Shown here: positions 12,365 through 21,001 of the stretch, in pieces
Layout: each line of letters opens with the position of its first letter
Position numbering within the stretch: the stretch's first letter is position 1
Assembly: GCA_044892525.1 (NCBI GenBank)
Contig: CM097886.1
Coordinates: 31,186,001 to 31,250,000 of the forward strand
DNA: 64,000 nucleotides
Origin: Schmidtea polychroa
Lineage: Eukaryota
Reading direction: 5' to 3'
Made by a program: the position numbers and the translations under genes
The notes under the pieces: generated by a model
Database searches by the model: none
What the model saw: only the letters and a program-made list of their open reading frames with translations
What the model was told of the DNA's origin: nothing

Positions 12365-12623
12365 TTACACAACCACCTATCAGGATTCGCTGAATGCAAA
12401 TTGGGAAATTCTCACTAGATCTTGCGGGTTCTCTACTCAACCCACTTAATTAAAGTCTAATTATTCATGAACGAAAACGTGTAAGACAACAAAATTTATT
12501 AATTTCAACGTTATGACACAAGGATTCAGCTGTACACTTTACTAATGTTGGTCGAAAGAAGAGAAAACATCATAATCAACATAGATCGGATCCTTGTTCC
12601 TCATCCTGACCGCCACTGGGGTT

Positions 12624-13412
12624 TTATTGTTTCTCCCATTCAGTGTCGGCGAATAATTCATCGAGGTTGAAAAACTCGGAAGCGTTCTCTTCCCACCTTA
12701 CGCCAGCGGCTGATATGATTCGCGCTGAGGGTCCCGTTGTTAGGTCGATGGACACGTGAGAGTTGCCACCGTTGGTTGAGTCCTCTATTGATGGGATGTT
12801 TGGCTTTGTAGTGGCGCGCTCGCGCTGTCTCTTCTTGCGCTCTGCACGAGAGAGTTGTTTGCGCTTGGGTTTGCTTGAAGAGGCCACTTGCAGAAGGGTG
12901 ACTGAGACGGATGGACTAGCAGTGGGGGGCTTACTGGTACCCGTGATGACAACATCTGGTCGCTTGGGGGACAATTCGGTTTCGACGCAGTCTCGGCACG
13001 GTCTCTTGAACGGTGGAGAGGGATTCGAGGAAAGGTTGTGATGAGGCGGAAAGATGTCATCGGCCTCTCGGATGGGAACCTGCACTATTTTTCGGGTTGT
13101 AGCCGCCTGCACGTAAACCTTATGCAGTGCCTCGGATTGTTCTCTGATTAGACTTCTTTGGGCACGGCTCTCAGATATTAGCGCGTCCCGGCAATGCTCG
13201 CTACGATCGAGCTTCTTTTGGATCTCTTTCATCCGAGCGGGACTAAACCATGTCCCTTCCAGCTCGTCTATCTTCCTCTTGTAACGTCCAATCTGAGTTT
13301 GTAGGTCCTTTATCACCGTATTTTTATCCGCGCACGAGAAGCACGGCCGTAATGCTGATTTAGTGGTTGGTAGCATGCTTGCTATAAATAATACTAATGA
13401 AATGTAGAACAT
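12624..13412 (-). CDS. LTR-encoded 262-aa protein (ORF-B family: coiled coil, S/P-rich, basic NLS-like stretch)
   Basis: IDELEGTWFSPARMKE matches CRNFECTWFPPAEMKK; identical copy at 38586-39374. Confidence 0.7.
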   Translation of the reverse strand: MFYISLVLFIASMLPTTKSALRPCFSCADKNTVIKDLQTQIGRYKRKIDELEGTWFSPARMKEIQKKLDRSEHCRDALISESRAQRSLIREQSEALHKVYVQAATTRKIVQVPIREADDIFPPHHNLSSNPSPPFKRPCRDCVETELSPKRPDVVITGTSKPPTASPSVSVTLLQVASSSKPKRKQLSRAERKKRQRERATTKPNIPSIEDSTNGGNSHVSIDLTTGPSARIISAAGVRWEENASEFFNLDELFADTEWEKQ

Positions 13413-16182
13413 ACGATTTTAGAATAAATTAGATACGACCTACGGCCATTCGTGGATGCTTGACCGACAAAAAAAAAAAGAAAACTTATTCTACAATCCG
13501 GTTTTACCACGGATCTTATTTGTTGAAACAGTTTTATTTAATCAAATGCCATCGGTTTGACGCATGCTATTAACTTTGACTCTCTATTGATCTAACTGTA
13601 TACATGAGGGGCGTAACAATTAATAGGGTGTAAATATAATATTGGTGAAATAATATAATAACGCTTTAGTGGAGGGACATTATAGTATGCGACTAAACCT
13701 TACTATAAATTAGCTATTTTAATTTATTAAAAACAAATTACTATCGCTATTCTCAACATATTTTTGATTCGAAATTTGTTATTGGAAGTGTACTTTTAAT
13801 TCGGTAGTGAATGTGATTATCCATGTTGTCTACCATTTGTCTGAAAATATGTGATGAGTTTACATCAGCCATTACTTGAACACCCTAATGGGATATCTCA
13901 TTGGTCATAGCACATGTCCAAATTTACGGATACTACTGTCGACTAGTTGATTACATTATCGAACTATTGTGAATGTCACGTGTCGCGACTATCATGTATG
14001 CTAGTCTGATATTCTGTGCTCTCACCACATGGATTCGTGTATGGCTACTATCTTATCTCATTTACTTGGTGTATGCCATTTTCACAGTGATTTTATCGAT
14101 CCTGCTGTCATATGATTTTCTCTGCACGGTGATTTATTTGAATTATGATTTATGCTACCGTCAGTTCTCATCGCGGAATTTTACCCTTATCAACTTGTGT
14201 GAATGATCACCATCGTTTGGAAATTTATTGGATCTTTTCAGTGATCGTCGAGGGAATAATTCTACCAAATGCTGAAGCATATTACTACTCGCGTCATTCT
14301 ACTCGGATTTTCCTATTCAGATGTAATGCCGTCTCGATGAAAACTGTCCTTAGCCATTCGAAAATTTCTCTCAGGTTCAATAATTTGGATATATACCGTG
14401 ATGACCTGGCTCTTATTGTAGAAATAAATGTTATTAATTAAATTTGGTGATATTTTACCTGTTTATAATTTTTGAAATAACTAAGTCTATAAGAACTTTC
14501 TGATTATAATATTAGAGAGGTTTTCGTAGAATCTCGCATTTTATAGTTTCGAGTTAGTTAAAGTTTTTAGAATACTTTCGTAACCTGACATGCAATCAGG
14601 ACAGGCTAGACGTCATCGGGTCTATGATAACGGAATTTCATACGAAATCAGTTCTACTGAGGCCGGCAAATAGACGTTGTCGCAATTAATTTGATGAAAC
14701 CATGTTTCCAGATGAAGCGTACTATGAGATGTTGTTATTTTTGACGAAGTTCACTAAATCGTGGTCTGGATCTCTTTTTTCAATAGGGGTAAGATTTACG
14801 AAAACGACTTGACGAAAGAAAAAGGAATGCGACGCCCTCAGTCACTGTGCAAATCCTTGAAAATCCCTTCATTCGTACGACTATCTTTGTGAAATCATTG
14901 TCTACCGGTTATTTTTTATCCATACCCCATTATGATAATTTAGTCGCATCTTCAGCGATAGGACCCGTGAAGAAGCCTTCACATTTCGGCCCAATCTAGC
15001 TGCGTGATTGAAATACTCCATGTCCACCGGCTGAGCTCCCGAAGGCACCTCATACCATGACATGGAGTATCTCAACTCCACGTTACTCGTTAAATGAAAA
15101 TTCATAAAATCTTTAATTCAAATAAAATACGGACATCTGGATAAAAATATTTTATTAATTCTGAAATACTTAAATAATACAAATTCCATCAATACGTTAA
15201 AGTTATTAAAATGGAGAATCAAATGAAGAGAGTTAACCAAAATGTTTAATCGTTAATATTTACCATTACTATTAGCTTTACAAATACTTAAATAAATCTA
15301 TAAACAAATGAAATACCCCTTACTATTGTTTAGGCTGAGTCAAAATTCAATGTTGTTCGTTCCAAATAGTTTGAATGGTGGTCCGTTGGATGTCGATTAT
15401 TGTGATGGATGGTATTTCGGTCTCTGAACTGGTTTTGAATAGTCGTGGAGTTTTCTGAATGACGGTTGCTTGGCTAGTAGTGTCGATCCTATGAAATGCT
15501 CGGGGTTAACAGTCAAAACAGTAAACATTTTTCTTACCTATGAAATGCTCGGGGTTAACAGTAAATTTAATGTTTTTGGTAGTTGTATATATATCAAATT
15601 CTTATTTGTGCGGACCAATCAGAGTTGAGTACCGCTTATTTCTATTAATTTAATATAATTTTCTTGTTTTTAGGTTGTTTTTTCCTTATTTTCTTTATTT
15701 TTAATATGTTTTTCTATTTATTTCCTTAATTTCCTTATTATTTCTTGAATTCCTCTTTATTTATTTGTCAACTTGTTCTATTTTAATCTTTTCTTAATTT
15801 TATTTTTTGTTTTAATTCTTATGTCTTAATTATTATTTTCCTTATATCTTATTCTATTTTATTTCTGATTTTATTTATTTTATTTTTATTTTTCGTAATG
15901 TTCTACTTCCCTACTTTCTTATTTTTCAACGATTAAATTTTCGACTCAGCCCAACAAATCACTCGGGGACCCATCAAAATTGCGTCCCGCAATTGCATAA
16001 TTAACTTAATTCATTCATTCAAAAAAAAATATAACACGAACACGGAAAATTATACAACAATGATAAAAATTTTATTGTAAGATCAAGGTCAAAGCAAGAC
16101 CAAGCAAGTATCACTTAAGGTGATAGTTTGTACATACAATAAAAGTTTCCACATATAATAACACAAATGTTTGAATTAGAGT

Positions 16183-16851
16183 TTATGAACTGTTAACCAT
16201 TGGTGCTTCTGCTGGCGGCTGTTGGTTGGTTTGGGTATTGATGTTGAGATAGGTCTGACTATTAGATTTCGGCTGGATTGGTTGATTACTCGGGGTTCGA
16301 GGTCGGAATGGGGTTGGGTTAAGATTTGTCAGGGGCACTTCTTGAGGATTTTGGTTCGAGGTTGTTCTTATTGATGTCGAGATTCTACATCTATTTCGAA
16401 CTTCGTAAATTTTCATGAATATTGGTAGACATAGGAGGAGGGTCTCTGCGATCACCACATATATGAGATAATGGGTGTCATTGATCTCGGGAGGTGTTTT
16501 TGGCTTTTCTACAAGATTTTCAAAATCCTCTTGTTGCATTTGTTGTTCCAACTGGTCGATCTGTTGGCTTTGTTCGAAGATTTGTTTGTTTATCATTTTA
16601 CAATTGGGGTTCTTTTTACACATTGTTTGGATGTTGTTGATGTGGGATCGGGTTGATTGAATGGTTTGGATGATATGGGTTTTCACGGTCATAGGGTATG
16701 TGCATTTGCCGGATTCTTGTTTAGGTTCTTGATTTTGATTGCGGTAATCTCGTACGATTTTCGGTTGGGCGTTTAATTGTTTGTTCTCCATCAGAATCAT
16801 CAATACCATCATTGTTATCATCATCTCGCCTCGCATGATACTATTATACAT
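16183..16851 (-). CDS. Accessory type I membrane protein (signal peptide, Cys-containing ectodomain, TM, P/Q/N-rich tail)
   Basis: MMITMMVLMILM signal; YLIYVVIAETLLLCLPIFM TM; tail contains TYLNI. Confidence 0.7.
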   Translation of the reverse strand: MYNSIMRGEMMITMMVLMILMENKQLNAQPKIVRDYRNQNQEPKQESGKCTYPMTVKTHIIQTIQSTRSHINNIQTMCKKNPNCKMINKQIFEQSQQIDQLEQQMQQEDFENLVEKPKTPPEINDTHYLIYVVIAETLLLCLPIFMKIYEVRNRCRISTSIRTTSNQNPQEVPLTNLNPTPFRPRTPSNQPIQPKSNSQTYLNINTQTNQQPPAEAPMVNSS

Positions 16852-16891
16852 TCATTATGTTTATTTACAATTGGTTTTAATGACCCTTAAT

Positions 16892-17644
16892 TTAATGGTT
16901 CTGATTTGGATTATTTTCACCGATTCTCATCAAGGTGGACTCTGCTTTAATTACCCTGTGTCTTAACTCGGGCAGCATTTCCAATTGTCGGTCTTTTTCA
17001 CGGGCTTCTCTCTTTAGATGTCTAATTTCTTTTTCCAAGCGTCTAATTTCTTCCCTTTTCTTTTCAAGGTTTCTTTTTAGCTCGATTTGTAGGAGATCTT
17101 GTTCGTTTTCTTGCAGGTAATTTTGTTGTTGATGTTTTCTTTCTATTTCTCTATATTTGCGGACCCACTTCCTCATTTCTTTACTTTCCCGTTGGTTTTC
17201 TTCTAGTTGTCGTTTTAATTTATTTATAGCTGTTTGGCGCTCCTTCGCCTCAGTTTTCCAGTAGTCTTGGATTACCTCCTTTGCTTTGAAGCTTGCCCTC
17301 TCTTTCCATAGCTCTTCCGCTATCTTTTCCCAGTTTTTCCCTCGCTTCCTTTGTTCGTGTAGCCATTCATTTTCCTCTTCCGTTTCTCTTTTTATTTCCC
17401 CCAACGCTTCGCACTCTTTCTTTAACACCTTTATCATTTTCCGGTCCTCCAGGTATTTGTTTATTAATCTCCCGTTTTCGTATTTCTCTTCCCGTAACTC
17501 GGCCTTTAGCGTTTGGGTTTCTGTTGTTTCTGCCTCAATCTCTCCCTCTTCTACGTCGCTCATAATTTCTATCGTTTCCTCGATTTTCATATCTATAATA
17601 TGTACAGTTAATGGTGCGCTATAGTGCGACTTATACGTATACAT
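16892..17644 (-). CDS. Accessory coiled-coil protein (probable start MKIEET)
   Basis: Long E/K/R-rich intact ORF with an AG acceptor just before the internal ATG. Confidence 0.7.
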   Translation of the reverse strand: MYTYKSHYSAPLTVHIIDMKIEETIEIMSDVEEGEIEAETTETQTLKAELREEKYENGRLINKYLEDRKMIKVLKKECEALGEIKRETEEENEWLHEQRKRGKNWEKIAEELWKERASFKAKEVIQDYWKTEAKERQTAINKLKRQLEENQRESKEMRKWVRKYREIERKHQQQNYLQENEQDLLQIELKRNLEKKREEIRRLEKEIRHLKREAREKDRQLEMLPELRHRVIKAESTLMRIGENNPNQNH

Positions 17645-17758
17645 TGATATAAAATTTAATAGTTTGGGTTACAGTCCCTTGAATACTTTTACAATACTTT
17701 AATTTTTTTGTTTGGGATATACGTCCCGGTTTTTAGTTTTTCATCTTTTCATCCACCC

Positions 17759-18814
17759 TCATACGAAGGTTTCCTCCTGGCCTACATAACCTTCATCACT
17801 ATCGACCGCGGAATGTAACTGTATCGCAATAGGGTCGTATGGTAGGTAATATTGGGGAATTTGAGCTCTCAATTCACTAACTTCGTCTCTTAGAGCTCGA
17901 GTGATATTCAATTCCTCGTCGAGCAGATAGGTGAGATACCTTGTCTCTTCATCTTTCGCCTCTATCTGTTTGTCTAGGGCCTTGACTTTCTCGTCGCCCT
18001 TCCATTTTTCAATTTCTATTTCTAAGTTTTTAATATTTTCGGTGTACATTTTCCTTTCGTTTTCTAATTTTCTGTTTTTTCCCGCTAGGACCATGTTTCT
18101 TTGTTCCAGCGATCCTTGTAATCCATTAAGGTCTCTTTTCATCTCTTCTACCTGATTTACTAATTCCACAACCCGTCCCGCTTGTTGGGTTATCATCTCT
18201 TCCATTGCGGCATTCTCGTGCTCTCTTATGTCGCACTTCATTGCCAAATGTCGCTCAAACTCCATAGCCTTTGTTTGCCAGGTTTGGCTTCGGGCGGCGA
18301 CCTTTCTCAACCTTTTCAATTCTTCCTTTATTATTAAATTCTCCTCCCATTTACCTTGTTCGCTTTCATATCCGAGTCTCATGGGCAATTCTTTCATCTC
18401 TTTTTTCATTTCTCTGTTTTGTCTTTTCCATTTTCTCGCTTCTGCCACTAAGTGCATCATTTTCCTGTCTTCTATTTGTTTTTCCGCTTCGCGCTTGGTG
18501 TTCTCATCGGTAAGTCTTTTTCTCGCTTCCTGCACTAGCTGCTTTAAGTAGTGGCTGTGTGCTTCTTGGCGGGTATTTTCTAGTGACGCCCATTTTGATG
18601 CTCTTTTGCATGCTTCTGCTTCCGCTCTTAAGTTGTGTATTAACCATTGGTATTGACTATTCTCATCTTCTCTAGTTTCTTCGATGTGATTTCGGGTGAG
18701 ATTAGTTAGTTGGAACATTACTTTGTTCCATTTTTTATTATGTTCTCGGGGAATTTGTGTCTTGTTGACATTGGTTGGGGCTATCGCAGTTTCGGTTATT
18801 TTCTCTTGTGTCAT
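17759..18814 (-). CDS. Accessory coiled-coil protein, 351 aa
   Basis: Long intact heptad-rich ORF with the same codon bias as the polyprotein. Confidence 0.75.
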   Translation of the reverse strand: MTQEKITETAIAPTNVNKTQIPREHNKKWNKVMFQLTNLTRNHIEETREDENSQYQWLIHNLRAEAEACKRASKWASLENTRQEAHSHYLKQLVQEARKRLTDENTKREAEKQIEDRKMMHLVAEARKWKRQNREMKKEMKELPMRLGYESEQGKWEENLIIKEELKRLRKVAARSQTWQTKAMEFERHLAMKCDIREHENAAMEEMITQQAGRVVELVNQVEEMKRDLNGLQGSLEQRNMVLAGKNRKLENERKMYTENIKNLEIEIEKWKGDEKVKALDKQIEAKDEETRYLTYLLDEELNITRALRDEVSELRAQIPQYYLPYDPIAIQLHSAVDSDEGYVGQEETFV

Positions 18815-19007
18815 CTCTAAATCATAGACATCGATTAATCTTTTTATTATGAAAAAGGAATTTATTCATTATTTACTGTTTCTTGGGAAATTTTCGCATC
18901 ATTTTTGGGTTTTCGTATTTAGGGTTTTCATTCTATTATTATATAATATTTTATTGGTTATATACACCGATATATACAGATTATTATATACAACATTATT
19001 CGATTGG

Positions 19008-20396
19008 TTACTCCGTTCTACCCTTCTCCTCTTTCCTCACGGTCATCTTGATATATATGGTATCATTTCTCGCCATATCTTCTACTCTTTGTTGTGAGAT
19101 GAACGTAGGTGCTCCTGTTGCTGATCCTTCTTCGTTGAGGGGCCTCTGGTAAGCTATTTGATTCCCCGTTGTTTTGAAGCTTTGCTCATGTATACTTTGG
19201 TTGTTCATCAGAGTAATATCGATTTTTGCCTGGAACGGCCATTCTAATATTTCGTCGTATTCTCCTTTACATAACAGAAAGAAAATCGAAAAGTGCGTAT
19301 CCAATCCGGTTCCGTCCCCGTTGGGATATACCTTCATTTTCATTTTGTACCCATTTTTCCAAGAATGGAATGTAGGACTTGTTATTCTTGTCTCTTCTCC
19401 GGTTTTTGCTTTTCGTATTCTTTCTTTTACTCCCGTTATTTTCCATATGTAGGGTGCTGTTGGGGTTATCTCATTTAGATTTATTTCCCGTATTTTCTGA
19501 TGTAGCTCCTTGGCCTGATTATTACTGATTTCTGTTCGGTTTATTTGCATCTTTATGTTTGCTCGGGCTTCTTCGAACGCTTCCCTTTCTTCTAGTAGTT
19601 CTTTGACTAACACTTTCAACGATGTTATCTCTATCTCCATTTGTTTTACTTTCTCTTCGCTTTCTTGTAGCGCAGTCGACCACATTTCTGCGTGAGTTGA
19701 AGCATTTTCTACTAAATGATGTGGTAACTCACCTCGGTGTAGTAGTTTCTGACAACCCCATCTACCTAGTACACATGTCATTCTTTTCTTTGCGCATTCC
19801 CTTAGATGCTGTGCCACCTTCATTATTTCCCCTTGGTTACATCCGTTTGGGCATTCCCCACTGAACTCTGCACATACTCTCTCCTCTTGGACATTGTGAT
19901 GTTTGAGGGTGAGATTTATCCACGTATCTATTTCTCCACAGTGTTCACATCTTTCCAATCTCTCTTCACACTGCCTTTGATGCTCTTTTTCTTCGCTTGC
20001 TCGAATGGTTTTATGGCACCTTTCACACTGGCCAATTCTGTACATACATTCTCCCATATGTTGTACTACCTTCCATATTACTCCTTTCCATTCGCATGGG
20101 GCATTTTTGCATCCCAGGTTGGTGTTTAACATGTCTTTCACTGCGGCTTTATCCTCGTTAGTGTCTTCTAAACTCGATATTAGTGTCTCTTTACACACCG
20201 GGCACCTCTGTGGTCTATTCTTTATTGCTTCACTGATACATTCTTTACATACTCTGCATCCACATTGCGTTTGGTGAGGTTCCTTTAACAGCTTTTCACA
20301 TATTCCGCACGTAACATGTTTGTGTATTCTGATCGTTGTAGATTTTCGGACTTGCTCGACAATCTCTCTGAACTCTTCTCTTTGTCGTTTATCCAT
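19008..20396 (-). CDS. TRAF-family protein (RING, TRAF zinc fingers, coiled coil, MATH/TRAF-C), intronless, inside the retroelement
   Basis: CGICEKLLKEPHQTQCGCRVCKECI..CPVC RING; YIWKITGV..SPTF..GYKMKMKVYPNGDGTGLDTHFSIFFLLCKGEYDEILEWPF MATH. Confidence 0.93.
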   Translation of the reverse strand: MDKRQREEFREIVEQVRKSTTIRIHKHVTCGICEKLLKEPHQTQCGCRVCKECISEAIKNRPQRCPVCKETLISSLEDTNEDKAAVKDMLNTNLGCKNAPCEWKGVIWKVVQHMGECMYRIGQCERCHKTIRASEEKEHQRQCEERLERCEHCGEIDTWINLTLKHHNVQEERVCAEFSGECPNGCNQGEIMKVAQHLRECAKKRMTCVLGRWGCQKLLHRGELPHHLVENASTHAEMWSTALQESEEKVKQMEIEITSLKVLVKELLEEREAFEEARANIKMQINRTEISNNQAKELHQKIREINLNEITPTAPYIWKITGVKERIRKAKTGEETRITSPTFHSWKNGYKMKMKVYPNGDGTGLDTHFSIFFLLCKGEYDEILEWPFQAKIDITLMNNQSIHEQSFKTTGNQIAYQRPLNEEGSATGAPTFISQQRVEDMARNDTIYIKMTVRKEEKGRTE

Positions 20397-20481
20397 TCTA
20401 TAATTATATGTACAAATAGTTCTTATCGATACAGGTTCGATATTTTATTTACAATTATTTACATTTTAAGCTAGGTTTGGT

Positions 20482-20865
20482 TTAGGGTTCGGAAGAGTCG
20501 GCTTCGTGTCCGCTCTCCTCTCTATTCATTAGCCATTCCGACCAGTCTTCTATTTCTGTCTGTTCTGCTTCCTCCATCATTCTGTCTATTTCAATTTCCT
20601 GTCGACGGCTATATTGGGTTATCCTCTCTATCTCTCTTTGCATTTGTTCGATTTTTACCCTCTGGTCTTCAATTATCTTCAAATAACTAAATCCTCTGTT
20701 CATACTCTCGATCAGGTTTCTGTGCATCGTCAGTCCTTGTTCTTGCAAATTGGACACTAATTGTGCTAATACGGCACATTGTTGCTTCCATAATTCTTCA
20801 GTTACTGTATTGTGGTTCATTTCGTTATTTCCTTGATCCATTCCTAATTTATATACACTTTTCAA
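20482..20865 (-). CDS. Accessory small coiled-coil protein (probable start MDQGNN)
   Basis: Intact ORF; AAATTAG|GA ATG acceptor context. Confidence 0.6.
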   Translation of the reverse strand: MKSVYKLGMDQGNNEMNHNTVTEELWKQQCAVLAQLVSNLQEQGLTMHRNLIESMNRGFSYLKIIEDQRVKIEQMQREIERITQYSRRQEIEIDRMMEEAEQTEIEDWSEWLMNREESGHEADSSEP

Positions 20866-21001
20866 CTCTTATGTAAATTTAATTTTATTTTATGATTCCC
20901 GTTATTGTATAATATTGATACCGCGCTTATATAGAGATATAGTACTGTTATATACATAAGATATACTTACTTTTTACAATTATATACAGTCATATTCCTT
21001 T

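Larger units (their letters stand above)
12090..15956 (-). repeat. 3' LTR of element Z
   Basis: Direct repeat of 38052-41918 with identical ORF translations; TG...CA ends. Confidence 0.95.

Noticed and set aside
13973-15105. Short LTR ORFs 13973-14206, 14145-14441 and 14902-15105 (and their copies in the other LTR)
   Set aside because: No motifs and no homologs in LTRs X or Y; duplication only reflects LTR identity.
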